A DNA stretch of 64,000 nucleotides from Candidatus Krumholzibacteriales bacterium (lineage in GTDB: Bacteria; Krumholzibacteriota; Krumholzibacteriia; Krumholzibacteriales; WJIX01). Where the stretch lies: NCBI GenBank assembly GCA_046483305.1, contig JAWODM010000046.1, positions 64,001 to 128,000 on the forward strand, in the 5' to 3' direction. The notes beneath the pieces are model-generated. The model did not search any database. It saw only the letters and a program-made list of their open reading frames with translations, and had not been told where the DNA came from. Each line of letters opens with the position of its first letter. Within the stretch, counting starts at the first letter, position 1. Positions 19,542-29,189 of the stretch are shown piece after piece. The position numbers were made by a program, and so were the translations under genes.

Positions 19542-20837
19542 TCACGGTGACAGGCGGTTGAGAAGCCTGGGGAACGGTATGGTTTCCCTGACGTGCTGTA
19601 TTCCGCATATATAGGTCAGGAAACGCTCCAGGCCGAGCCCGAATCCGGAATGAGGAAAAGCGCCGTACCTTCTCAGGTCCAGATACCACTCAAAATCCTC
19701 CTGGGAGAGGCCATCCTCCCTTATCTTCTCCTTGAGAAATTCCAGATCGTAGGCCCTCTGGCCTCCCCCGATTATTTCTCCGTAGCCCTCCGAGGCGAGA
19801 AGGTCCACGGAGAGGCTCAGCGATTCATTCTCAGGGTCCGGTTCCATATAGAATGCCTTTATGGCGGCCGGGAACCGGTGAACAAAAAACGGCCTGTCGA
19901 ATTCTTCGCTCAGAACGGTTTCATGATTTCCGCCGAAATCCCTGCCGTACTCAAAATCTTCTCCCTTATCCCTGAGTATCCCGGCAGCCTGGTCATAAGA
20001 AATCCTGGGGAAAGGAGCCCTGACCTTCTTCAGCTTCTCCACATCCCTGCCCAGGACATCCCTCAGCGAATCTTCGAATTCATCTACGAGCCTGGAGGTG
20101 ACCTCGGCGACAAAGTCCTCGGCCAGTTCCATTATATCGTCGAGGTCCGCGAAGGCGACTTCCGGCTCAACCATCCAGAATTCAATCAGATGGCGCCTGG
20201 TCTTGCTCTTCTCAGCCCGGAAAGTGGGGCCGAAACAGTACACCTTTCTGAAAGCCGCGGCGGTTGCCTCGTTATACAGCTGGCCGCTCTGGGTCAGGTA
20301 GGCGTTATCCCCGAAATAATCGGTTTTGAACAGGGTGGTGGTTCCTTCACAGGCATTAGGAGTAAATATTGGAGTATCGCAGCACACAAATCCCCTGTTA
20401 TCAAAAAATTCCCTGATGTAGCGAATTGCCGAAGCCCTTATCCGGAGAATAAGATTCTGCTTCGAGCTCCTGAGCCATAGGTGGCGGTTGTCCAGCAGAA
20501 AACTGTCTCCGTGCTCTTTGGGAGTGATCGGATAATTCTCCGATAACTGAATTACCTCAAGGAAGTTCAGCTTCATCTCGAAACCCCCGGGAGCCCTGCT
20601 GTCTTCCACCACTTCACCCCGTACCTCCACCGAGGATTCCTGGGTCAGGCCCGAGGCTTTTTCAAAAGTCTCGGCGCCAACCTCCGACTCTTCCACAACA
20701 CACTGTATCGTTCCGGTGCCGTCTCTGATAATAATAAACAGTATCCTGCCGCTGGACCTGATATTGTATACCCAGCCCTTCAGCCCGGCTTCGCCGCCCA
20801 CATATTTGCCGATATCCCTGATTTCTGCCACCTTCAT
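19542..20837 (-). CDS. asnS: Asparagine--tRNA ligase
   Basis: OB-fold N-terminus, [52 protein letters not shown]; start at MKVAEI. Confidence 0.96.
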   Translation of the reverse strand: MKVAEIRDIGKYVGGEAGLKGWVYNIRSSGRILFIIIRDGTGTIQCVVEESEVGAETFEKASGLTQESSVEVRGEVVEDSRAPGGFEMKLNFLEVIQLSENYPITPKEHGDSFLLDNRHLWLRSSKQNLILRIRASAIRYIREFFDNRGFVCCDTPIFTPNACEGTTTLFKTDYFGDNAYLTQSGQLYNEATAAAFRKVYCFGPTFRAEKSKTRRHLIEFWMVEPEVAFADLDDIMELAEDFVAEVTSRLVDEFEDSLRDVLGRDVEKLKKVRAPFPRISYDQAAGILRDKGEDFEYGRDFGGNHETVLSEEFDRPFFVHRFPAAIKAFYMEPDPENESLSLSVDLLASEGYGEIIGGGQRAYDLEFLKEKIREDGLSQEDFEWYLDLRRYGAFPHSGFGLGLERFLTYICGIQHVRETIPFPRLLNRLSP

Positions 20838-20997
20838 TCTGCCCCCTCTCTGACATATCCTGTTAATCAAATATATCGAATCCCGAAAGCCTGCCTTTGA
20901 GAATCGTACCGGAATACATCCAGCCGGCACATTCATATCAGAAGGGATTCTGCTGTTAATAACAATAAGAAACAATCGACAATAATTCAACATTTTA

Positions 20998-21013
20998 CGG
21001 CATGATTATTGCC
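20998..21013 (+). promoter_or_regulatory. sigma54 (-24/-12) promoter candidate
   Basis: CGGCATGATTATTGCC has exact GG-N10-GC spacing and matches the consensus TGGCACG-N4-TTGC; ~60 nt upstream of the ORF at 21073. Confidence 0.6.
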
Positions 21014-21072
21014 AAAATAAAGAAGTAGAAAAACACAAAAAAACTGAACCGTGCAGGAGAAATAAGCTGGAA

Positions 21073-23055
21073 GTGACTAAAAAACAACTAATTACGCGGT
21101 ATGTTATGTATGTCTTGCTGCTGACACCCGTTCTTGCGGTTGCATTCTGCAACCAGGCCGCCGGTGAACTTCTGCACGATATAAAGGATTCCAATCTCAG
21201 AAGTTACATCAGATCGCAGCTGGAGCTGAACCCGCCCGAGCTTGTTACCGCCTCCACTGTTCTTACCATGCAGGCCAGAGCGGCTCTGGAGAATGGAAAT
21301 AAGGGGGAAGCTGTAAGAATGCTTACCGCCGCCCGGGATATTTCCAGCAGCAACTCCGAGCCTTCACTTCTTCTGGCAAAAATAGAACTGACAAGGGGGC
21401 GGCCGGAATTTCTGCTGCATCTTATCGACGCCCTGAAAATTCAGACCGGCTCCTTTTATAAATCAGCTCTCCTGCAACTCAATTTATTCATTCTGCTGCT
21501 ATCGGCGGCGGGGATGGCCGCAGTCCTGTATCTGCTGACGCTGGCCGTCAAATACAACAACGAGATATTTCATAACCCCGAGGAGATATTCTCGGCCAGA
21601 TTCAAGGTGCCGCGGGCCGGATACCTGGGGATGGCCGCGCTGCTGGCTCTGGTAATTCTGCGGCCCGGGTTCGCAATCTATATCATCCTGCTTTCGGCAC
21701 TGGTATGGAGGGTCATTTCCCGGAAGGAAAAAACAGCCCTGGCGTTGATGACTATACTGATTGCAGCAGCCGCCCTCTTCGCTCAGCAGGTAGACAATTA
21801 CGGGCCCGCAGTTGATGAACGAAGCATCACCAGGAAACTATCCCTGTTAAATGAACAGGGCGCCACCGGCATGATGGCAGATATGATCAGGGATATTGAC
21901 AACCCTGAATTCAGCGCGGAAAAGAACTTCGCGCTGGGAACACTTATGTACAGAAGAGGCAACCTCGCCGCCTCACGTGAATATCTCAAGAGATCCATAG
22001 CGGAAAGGAATGATTTCCTCCCCTCATACATAAACCTGGGTAACGTCTATTTCATGGAGAACGATTTTGACAGGGCACTGGCCGGATACCGGAACGCGAC
22101 CACTCTGGATTCCACCAGCGCAATCGCTCACTATAACATCGGCCAGACCTGCATCAAGAAGATGCACTTCAACCTTTCCAGCACCGCCCTGAAGAAGGCC
22201 CGCAGGTTTGGAATAGAAGATTACAGGGAAGATAACCCGGTGGTAAGAATCACCAACCCGGAAGTTCTGAGCTGCGGGTTCAGGAAGGCGGACCTTCGGG
22301 AGATATCGACCCGGGAAAGCAGGCTTAAGAGTTTCAGCATACTCGACCTGGTGTTCAGGCCGCTCATCTTCATTCCGGTTGGCTGGCTCTGGCTGCTGAT
22401 GCCCGCGGGAATACTGCTGGGTTTAATAATATCGCTCGCCACGCCCTCCGAATGGAAAATATTTTACTGCGATAACTGCAATAAGCCGGTCTGCTCCAGC
22501 TGCGTGGATACCGGCAGAGGGATTAACCTCTGTTCAGAATGCAGCGCGGTAGTAGAAAGTTTGTCCAGCGTCAAGGTAATGGAAGCTCTGCTCAGGAGAA
22601 GGAGGCAGAACAAGGCCAGCGATTACATTAAATGGAAATGGAGGATGCTCAGAATTCTCCCCGGAGGGCCTCACATTCTCAGGGGGAAGACCGGCGCCGG
22701 CCTGATTATAATGACCATATTTTCGATCTCCGTCAACCTGATGATCAGGAACGGCTTCTATTTCAAGGATCCCAGATTCATATTCACGCCGGATTCACTG
22801 TGGAGAATAATAGTGCCATTATCGGTAATCGCGTTTCTTTATCTTGTCTCGCTGCGCCTTCCCAAACCGGAGGGATCGAGACGCTACTATATCCTTCCCC
22901 AGGAATTCCAGAGCGTTCCCGAAGAGGAACCGGAGCGGGATATCGGTACAAATGGTTACCTCATGGAACAAGAGGAAGAACAAGGGGTTACGCCCGGCGC
23001 GGCGCCAGGCGAGGAAGTTCAGGACCCCTTCAATACCTTTATAGATTTAATTTAG
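21073..23055 (+). CDS. Polytopic membrane protein with TPR domains and a Cys-rich (CxxC)x3 Zn-finger-like segment
   Basis: Signal-like N-terminus, several TM helices, three clear TPRs (FALGTLMY, YINLGNVY, HYNIGQTC), CDNC-x4-CSSC-x9-CSEC and an acidic tail. Confidence 0.8.
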   Translation: MTKKQLITRYVMYVLLLTPVLAVAFCNQAAGELLHDIKDSNLRSYIRSQLELNPPELVTASTVLTMQARAALENGNKGEAVRMLTAARDISSSNSEPSLLLAKIELTRGRPEFLLHLIDALKIQTGSFYKSALLQLNLFILLLSAAGMAAVLYLLTLAVKYNNEIFHNPEEIFSARFKVPRAGYLGMAALLALVILRPGFAIYIILLSALVWRVISRKEKTALALMTILIAAAALFAQQVDNYGPAVDERSITRKLSLLNEQGATGMMADMIRDIDNPEFSAEKNFALGTLMYRRGNLAASREYLKRSIAERNDFLPSYINLGNVYFMENDFDRALAGYRNATTLDSTSAIAHYNIGQTCIKKMHFNLSSTALKKARRFGIEDYREDNPVVRITNPEVLSCGFRKADLREISTRESRLKSFSILDLVFRPLIFIPVGWLWLLMPAGILLGLIISLATPSEWKIFYCDNCNKPVCSSCVDTGRGINLCSECSAVVESLSSVKVMEALLRRRRQNKASDYIKWKWRMLRILPGGPHILRGKTGAGLIIMTIFSISVNLMIRNGFYFKDPRFIFTPDSLWRIIVPLSVIAFLYLVSLRLPKPEGSRRYYILPQEFQSVPEEEPERDIGTNGYLMEQEEEQGVTPGAAPGEEVQDPFNTFIDLI

Positions 23056-23068
23056 CAGAGGACTGCGG

Positions 23069-24190
23069 ATGGGATTCGAAGGAGATGTAAAAGATTTTGG
23101 CCTGAGTGAGATATTCCAGCTCATTTCGGTTCAGCAGAAATCAGGCATGCTGCTGGTATCGGGGGAAGGCAATATCGCTGTCTTTTTCAACGAAGGGCTG
23201 ATAATATCAACCAGAGACCGCAGAAACCGCTCTGCGGACCCTCTGAAAGACTACATGATCAGGTACGGTTTCCTGAGCAGGGAGGTGCTCAGGAAGATCA
23301 ACCGGATTCAGGAAGAAAGCAAGCTGGACCTGACAGAAATCCTCATATCTGAAAAACACTTCTCCGAAGACGAGCTCAGTATAATTTTTCAGGATCAGAT
23401 TTATGAGACCATTCAGGAAGCTATTAACTGGCCTCAGAGCCATTATAAATTCATTTCGGGGAAAAACCTGCTTCAGGGCGTAAAATCCTACGCCTCCATA
23501 AAGGTGGATGCCGTCCTGATGGAGAGTATGCGCAGAATAGATGAATTCCCCCGGCTGCTGGATGAATTCCCTTCTATGGAAATGGTTATCAGCAGGAAGC
23601 CCCCCCCCGAAGGAAAACCGCCTGAAATGAAGGGAAATATGGAGTTCATTTACGAACTTCTCAAGAACAGCATGAACCTGGACCGGATCATATCAAGCGG
23701 CAAGATGGCCAGATTCTGCGTATATGATGCATTGAATAAACTCAGGGAAGAAGATCTGATCGAACTGGCTATACCCCATGAAACGCCTGAGATCGAAATC
23801 AGGGAAGAAGAGAAAGAGGTATCCGGGCGCAGTTATTCAGTGCCGGTTCTGGTAATCGCGGCGGTTCTTGCCGCCTGCTTCATCGCCGGAGAATACCTGG
23901 TACCGGCGGTTCTTCCTCCGGGATGGCCAGTCATGGCACCGGCGGGCAGGAAGGCCGGAGGCACAGGGACGGATATCCCCGGCATCGATGAGATCAGGGC
24001 CCGCCAGCTGGAGAAGAAGATTTCCGCCTCCCTGGAAGCGTACAGAGCAAGCGAGGGATCATACCCCGTGACTATTGAGATCCTGTCTATGAAAGGCTAT
24101 ACTGACCAAGAAACAATTACCCTCTGCAAGGAGAGAGGTTACAGTTACAGACTCATCGATAACGGGCAGAACTTCGATCTCAGAAGATAA
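23069..24190 (+). CDS. DUF4388 (PATAN-like) domain protein with one TM and a pseudopilin-like C-terminus
   Basis: N-terminal MGFEGDVKDFGLSEIFQLISVQQKSGML and LMESMRRIDE are typical of DUF4388; TM VPVLVIAAVLAACFIAG; GAGGA SD. Confidence 0.82.
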   Translation: MGFEGDVKDFGLSEIFQLISVQQKSGMLLVSGEGNIAVFFNEGLIISTRDRRNRSADPLKDYMIRYGFLSREVLRKINRIQEESKLDLTEILISEKHFSEDELSIIFQDQIYETIQEAINWPQSHYKFISGKNLLQGVKSYASIKVDAVLMESMRRIDEFPRLLDEFPSMEMVISRKPPPEGKPPEMKGNMEFIYELLKNSMNLDRIISSGKMARFCVYDALNKLREEDLIELAIPHETPEIEIREEEKEVSGRSYSVPVLVIAAVLAACFIAGEYLVPAVLPPGWPVMAPAGRKAGGTGTDIPGIDEIRARQLEKKISASLEAYRASEGSYPVTIEILSMKGYTDQETITLCKERGYSYRLIDNGQNFDLRR

Positions 24191-24210
24191 ACCTGAAGCT
24201 CCGGAAAAGG

Positions 24211-25086
24211 TCATTCCCCCCGCCCCAGGCTCTTTATAACCGGCGTCAGTACAGAGACCGCATTGATTGCCCTTCCCTTAAGGTCCTCCATCCAGAATAG
24301 ATTGCCCCTTGATAGCTTGCTCTTGACTGTAAATGCCGAATCTATCAGGTATACCCCTTCGCGCCTCAGCATGAAAGGATCGATCCTGCTGTTCGCGAAC
24401 GGAGGGTAAAGCGAAAAAGCAAGCCGGTAGCCGGCTTTTTCCGCTTCTCTTCTAACCTCCGGGCCGGCTCTGCCGAAGGGATAGCTGAGGCTTTTCGCCT
24501 CCACGCCCAGTTTTTCCCTGATAGCCTCCCTGGAAATAATCATCTCCCGGCGGGCCTGCTCAACCGGGATCCGGGTAAGGTCCCGGTGGGTGGCTGTATG
24601 GGATCCCAGAGTAAAACCCATACTCAGCAACTGTCCGAGCTGTTCCCAGTCCATGTGTCTGGATTTTCGCCGGGGAAGGTTAAGCTCCCACCTGTTTTCT
24701 CTGCCCGCGAATGAAGTCACTATGAAAGCAAGGGCCGGTACAGACCTGCTATTCAGGATGGGAGCGGCCTGATGAAGCAGGTCGCAGTATCCGTCGTCAA
24801 AAGTCAGCAGCAGTTCTCTGCCGCTTCCCTCTACCCTCCCCTCCACCATGTCGAGGAAGGTATCTTCATCTATGAAAATGAAACCGGAATCAAGGAGATA
24901 ATCGATATGATAAGCGAACCTGCCCGGGGAAATCCAGGTTCCGCTGAACTCGAAGCCGTCTATCTTATGGTAGGCCAGGACGCCGGGGAAGAAACTATCC
25001 GGCTTGCCGTAATTCCTTTTCCAGTAAAGATAAGAACCTGCCGCCGCCAGTAATAAAAGCAGAAATATCAACAGGGGAAGATCCAC
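24211..25086 (-). CDS. Membrane-anchored polysaccharide deacetylase (CE4/NodB family)
   Basis: N-terminal TM, LAYHKI, LTFDDGY, GSHTATH, SYPFG. Confidence 0.88.
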   Translation of the reverse strand: MDLPLLIFLLLLLAAAGSYLYWKRNYGKPDSFFPGVLAYHKIDGFEFSGTWISPGRFAYHIDYLLDSGFIFIDEDTFLDMVEGRVEGSGRELLLTFDDGYCDLLHQAAPILNSRSVPALAFIVTSFAGRENRWELNLPRRKSRHMDWEQLGQLLSMGFTLGSHTATHRDLTRIPVEQARREMIISREAIREKLGVEAKSLSYPFGRAGPEVRREAEKAGYRLAFSLYPPFANSRIDPFMLRREGVYLIDSAFTVKSKLSRGNLFWMEDLKGRAINAVSVLTPVIKSLGRGE

Positions 25087-25094
25087 CTTTCACC

Positions 25095-25538
25095 CTAACC
25101 GGTATGACCGAATCCACCCTCACCCCTGGCAGTCCCGCTCAACTCCTCCCGTACCTCCAGGCTGGCATCTGGCAGCGAGCATATAACCATCTGGGCAATC
25201 CGGTCCCCTCTGTTCACCGTAAAGTCGGCCTCTCCGAAATTGTGAAGAATAACCCCTACTTCTCCCCTGTAATCGCTGTCCACAGTGCCCGGGCTGTTCA
25301 GGATACCTATCCCCTTCTCCAGAGCCAACCCGCTCCTGGGCCTTATCTGCGCTTCGTACCCGGGTGGAACCGACAACTGTAATCCGGTGGGGACCATTCT
25401 GGTATCCCCCGGCCTGATAATCATTTCATCGCCGCAGGCGGCGCAGAGGTCATAACCGCTGGAACCTTCGGTCATGCGGGCAGGCTCCGGCAGGCCCCGG
25501 TGATGGGGCAGAAATGATATTCCAACCTTTACTGCCAA
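25095..25538 (-). CDS. dut: dUTP diphosphatase
   Basis: GYDL, RPRSGLA, NSPGTVDSDYRGE, GDRIAQ, RGEGGFGHTG. Confidence 0.97.
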   Translation of the reverse strand: MAVKVGISFLPHHRGLPEPARMTEGSSGYDLCAACGDEMIIRPGDTRMVPTGLQLSVPPGYEAQIRPRSGLALEKGIGILNSPGTVDSDYRGEVGVILHNFGEADFTVNRGDRIAQMVICSLPDASLEVREELSGTARGEGGFGHTG

Positions 25539-25591
25539 TAGAGTTCAACCCCCGGATGCAAAGCGGCTGCGGATTATACGGCGCCGACGGC

Positions 25592-27667
25592 CTAGTCGTC
25601 CAGAAGCACCTTCCGGCTCAATCTAATCTTCCCTTCCCTGTCTATGTTGATAACCTTGACTTTGACCTCGTCGCCGACATTCAGAACATCCTCAACCTTG
25701 TCAATCCGCCTGTTCTCAATCTCGGAAATATGCAGCAGCCCCTCCCTGCCGGGAAGGATTTCCACGAAAGCTCCGAAATTGACAACGTTCTTAACGGTGC
25801 CGGTATATACCCTGTTTACTTCAGGGTCAGCGGTGACTTCTTCGACCATCTGAACGGCCTTATCGCTGGAGGCCTTGTCGGAGGCCGCTATCAGTACGGT
25901 GCCGTCGTCGTCGATTTCAACTCTGGCCCCGGATTCCTCCTGAATAAACCTGACCATCTTTCCACCCGGCCCGATCACCTTCCTGATCTTGTCTATGTCA
26001 ACCTGTATCTTGACAATCTTGGGAGCGTTCGGCGATATATCGCTTCTGGGTTCAGGTATGGTGGCAAGCATCTTCTCCAGCACCTTTATCCTTGCCTTGC
26101 GGGCCTTATCCAGAGCCTCGCGCATCACCTCCCGGGAGATTCCCGATATCTTGGTATCCATCTGGAAGGCGGTAATGCCGTCTATGGAACCAACCACCTT
26201 GAAATCCATATCCCCGAGGTGATCTTCCAGGCCGGAGATATCAGTGAGGATAGCAAAGTTGTCGCCTTCCCTGACCAGTCCCATCGCTATACCCGCCAGC
26301 GGCTTGTCTATCGGTACTCCGGCATCCATCAGAGCCAGGGTGCCCCCGCAAACTGTTGCCATCGAACTGGAACCGTTGGATTCCATAATGTCCGAGACAA
26401 TCCTGATGGTATAGGGGAAATCCTCCTCGGAGGGAATAACCGGCTGAATAGAACGCTCCGCCAGCACGCCGTGGCCTATTTCACGCCTGCCGGGGCCCCT
26501 GAAAAATCCAACCTCTCCCACACTGTAAGGCGGGAAGTTGTAATGAAGCAGGAACTTCTTCCAGGATTCACCGCTGAGAGCATCTATCCTTTTCTCATCC
26601 TGGGAGGTTCCCAGAGTAACTACCACCAGGCTCTGGGTCTCGCCCCTGGTAAACAGAGCGCTTCCGTGTGTCTCCGGCATAACCTGGACCTCGCAGGAGA
26701 TGTCCCTGATATCATCCATGCCCCTGCCGTCAACGCGCCGGTTCTCTCTCAGGATCATATCCCTGACTAACTCGCGTTCGATATCTTCCATGAATCCGGC
26801 AATTTCCTTGCCCGATTCAGGATATTCTTCTTCAAACTTCTCTATTGCTTCCTTCCTCAGCCGGGAAAGGGCTCTCTGTCTCTTCAGTTTTCCCTGAATA
26901 GTATTTCTCTCCCGGATCTTATCGGTGTACTGATCCCTTACCTTCTTTTCCAGCTCCCTGTCGGCCTCGACAGCCTTGACCTCTCTCTTCTCAGGCAGGT
27001 CGCACTGCTGCAGGAATTCTCTCTGCAGCGAATTGAGTTCCTTTATCCTGGCATGTCCGAAATCCAGAGCGTCCAGCAGCAGGTCTTCTGGAACCCCGGC
27101 TGCTTCTCCCTCTACCATTACTATCGCTTCATCTGTTCCGGCGATCACTATATTGAGTTCGCTTTCCTCCGATTCGGCGAAGGAGGGATTAATGATAAAC
27201 TTGCCATCCTTCCTTCCCACCCGGACACCGCTCAGAATAGTGTCGAAAGGAATGTTGGAAAGATTGAGAGCCAGCGAAGCGCCCGTAATACCAAGCACAT
27301 CTGACTGCTGCTTCTGATCGCTGCTCAATACGCTGCACGCGATCTGAACCTCGCAGTTGAAACCGTCCGGAAACAGAGGCCTGATCGGCCTGTCTATCAT
27401 ACGGCAGCTGACTATCTCCCTCTCGCTGGGTCTTCCTTCTCTCTTGAAGAAACCGCCCGGAATCTTTCCGGCGGCGTAAAACTTCTCTCTGTACTCTACG
27501 AAAAGCGGGAAGAAATCCTTGTCGGTTTCCTCCTCGGAGGCGACTGCGGTAACCAGCACCGTAGTGCCGCTCTCTCTAACCAGTACCGAACCGTCTGCCT
27601 GCCTCGCAACTCTCCCGGTCTCGAATAATTGCTCTTTTCCATCAATCGTGAATTTCTTTCTTATCAT
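25592..27667 (-). CDS. pnp: Polyribonucleotide nucleotidyltransferase
   Basis: FFPL, GKIPGGFFKREGRP, RREIGHG, SNGSSSMA, DHLGDMDFKV, KH and S1 domains; start at MIRKKF. Confidence 0.98.
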   Translation of the reverse strand: MIRKKFTIDGKEQLFETGRVARQADGSVLVRESGTTVLVTAVASEEETDKDFFPLFVEYREKFYAAGKIPGGFFKREGRPSEREIVSCRMIDRPIRPLFPDGFNCEVQIACSVLSSDQKQQSDVLGITGASLALNLSNIPFDTILSGVRVGRKDGKFIINPSFAESEESELNIVIAGTDEAIVMVEGEAAGVPEDLLLDALDFGHARIKELNSLQREFLQQCDLPEKREVKAVEADRELEKKVRDQYTDKIRERNTIQGKLKRQRALSRLRKEAIEKFEEEYPESGKEIAGFMEDIERELVRDMILRENRRVDGRGMDDIRDISCEVQVMPETHGSALFTRGETQSLVVVTLGTSQDEKRIDALSGESWKKFLLHYNFPPYSVGEVGFFRGPGRREIGHGVLAERSIQPVIPSEEDFPYTIRIVSDIMESNGSSSMATVCGGTLALMDAGVPIDKPLAGIAMGLVREGDNFAILTDISGLEDHLGDMDFKVVGSIDGITAFQMDTKISGISREVMREALDKARKARIKVLEKMLATIPEPRSDISPNAPKIVKIQVDIDKIRKVIGPGGKMVRFIQEESGARVEIDDDGTVLIAASDKASSDKAVQMVEEVTADPEVNRVYTGTVKNVVNFGAFVEILPGREGLLHISEIENRRIDKVEDVLNVGDEVKVKVINIDREGKIRLSRKVLLDD

Positions 27668-27745
27668 AAATCCTCTCCCTATAACTTCCTGACTGTAATT
27701 CACCCGGAATACACACCGGGCAAGACCGGACATTCAATAAGACAT

Positions 27746-28015
27746 CTATTTTCTAAGATTTAACTTCTTGATGAGCGATCTGTATTTTTCCAATCTGTGT
27801 TTCTTCAGATAATCGAGCAGTTTCCGTCTCCTTCCGACCATTTTCAGCAATCCCCTCCTGGAGGAATGATCCTTCTTGTGCTTCTTGAAATGCTCGGTCA
27901 GAATATTAATCCGCCTGGTGAGAATAGCTATCTGCACTTCCGGTGAGCCTGAATCAGAATCATGAAGCTGAAATTCCTCAATTACCTCTTTCTTTTCATC
28001 TTTCTCCAATGCCAT
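27746..28015 (-). CDS. rpsO: 30S ribosomal protein S15
   Basis: [44 protein letters not shown] ahead of ATG at 28015. Confidence 0.98.
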   Translation of the reverse strand: MALEKDEKKEVIEEFQLHDSDSGSPEVQIAILTRRINILTEHFKKHKKDHSSRRGLLKMVGRRRKLLDYLKKHRLEKYRSLIKKLNLRK

Positions 28016-28022
28016 CGTAAAA

Positions 28023-28142
28023 CCTCCTTTGCGTACTGATTGTGTAAGAACGATGGCAGCAGAAAGGGACCTTCCCAATCCGCCACTGGAAAAATCAGAA
28101 TCCCGTATTTACTCTTTTACGAAAAATCGCTGTCCGAGTAAT
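28023..28142 (-). promoter_or_regulatory. Structured rpsO 5' leader (candidate S15 autoregulatory RNA)
   Basis: Nested pairings CTGATT/AATCAG, GTGGCGG/CTGCCAT and GGGA/TCCC end just before the SD; an upstream TTACTC/GAGTAA stem-loop is also present. Confidence 0.5.
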
Positions 28143-28166
28143 ATCCGTTACTTCCAATTACTTTAC

Positions 28167-28195
28167 AATTAAACATAATCGGCATGAGTTGTCAA
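28167..28195 (-). promoter_or_regulatory. sigma70 promoter of rpsO-pnp
   Basis: Perfect TTGACA (28190-28195), 16-17 nt spacer, then TTTAAT or TTAATT. Confidence 0.6.
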
Positions 28196-28216
28196 TGAAT
28201 CTATTCAGCCGGCCGC

Positions 28217-29161
28217 CTATTCCGGAATGGCCAGGGCTCTCCTGGCCCTGACCGCATCCCTCTCCAGCTGGAGCCTGAGCTGATCCCTGTTGCCAAACTT
28301 TCTCTCCTCCCGGAGGTATTTGTGGCAGTGTATCCTGACGGTGTTTCCGTAAATATCTCCGGCAAAATCGAAGATATGAACTTCTATTTCGCCGGCGCCG
28401 GTATTCTTGATGGTGGGAGCCGTCCCTATATTCATCATCCCCCCCAGGCGGCTTCCCTCCACCTCGGCGGTAACGGCGTAAACACCGGAGCATGGTATAA
28501 GCTTTTCGCGGCCGCTTATCCTGAGATTGGCGGTGGGAAATCTGATCTGCCTTCCTATACTTTCCCCTTTCACAACTACCGCGTCGAAGAAATAATCGCG
28601 GGTCAGTCTTTCCGCAGCCATTTCGATATCCCCCTCTGAAATATGCTCTCTGATTCTGGTGCTGGAAACTATCTGGCCGCCCATGTAAGCGGGAGGCACC
28701 ACCGTAACGTCGAACCCGCAGCGCTCGCCCTCCTCCCTGATCAGGTCCAGGGAACCGGCCCTGTCCCTGCCGAACCGGAAGTCGTAACCGACCACCAGGT
28801 GGGACATTCCAAATCTTTCCAGAAGCCTTTCCCGGATAAAGCTCTTATAATCCAGGGAGGCGTAATCCGGGGTGAACCTGTCAATAACCACCAGATCCAG
28901 GTCAAAATGCCGCAGGATCGATTTCTTTTCCTCGAGGGTTGTGAGAAGCGGCGGAGCCTTATCCGGGGCGGTGACGCTGAGCGGATGCCTGTCGAAAGTT
29001 ACCAGCACAGCGCTTCGAAGGCCTATCTCTCTTCTCATCCTTATCAGCCTGCCGATTACCTTCCGGTGGCCCAGGTGCACTCCGTCAAAAACACCGATGG
29101 TCACAGCCGAGTTTCCGCCTGAGTATTGAGAATAATCTTCAGTTTCTTCAGCAAATCTCAT
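28217..29161 (-). CDS. ribF: Bifunctional riboflavin kinase/FAD synthetase
   Basis: IGVFDGVHLGH, VGYDFRFG, VSSTRIR, FPTAN, GVYA, EVHIFDF. Confidence 0.97.
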   Translation of the reverse strand: MRFAEETEDYSQYSGGNSAVTIGVFDGVHLGHRKVIGRLIRMRREIGLRSAVLVTFDRHPLSVTAPDKAPPLLTTLEEKKSILRHFDLDLVVIDRFTPDYASLDYKSFIRERLLERFGMSHLVVGYDFRFGRDRAGSLDLIREEGERCGFDVTVVPPAYMGGQIVSSTRIREHISEGDIEMAAERLTRDYFFDAVVVKGESIGRQIRFPTANLRISGREKLIPCSGVYAVTAEVEGSRLGGMMNIGTAPTIKNTGAGEIEVHIFDFAGDIYGNTVRIHCHKYLREERKFGNRDQLRLQLERDAVRARRALAIPE

Positions 29162-29189
29162 ACCGCGAACCTGCTGTCATACCGCCCTG

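Noticed and set aside
20838..20993. N-terminal extensions in the ORF track for asnS (likewise pnp, rpsO, rimP, oppC, HPr and the large TPR gene)
   Set aside because: Downstream starts fit family lengths better and mostly have SDs; the extensions cross promoter or leader DNA or upstream genes
25514..26770. 418-aa plus-strand ORF
   Set aside because: Antisense shadow of pnp, explained by codon bias
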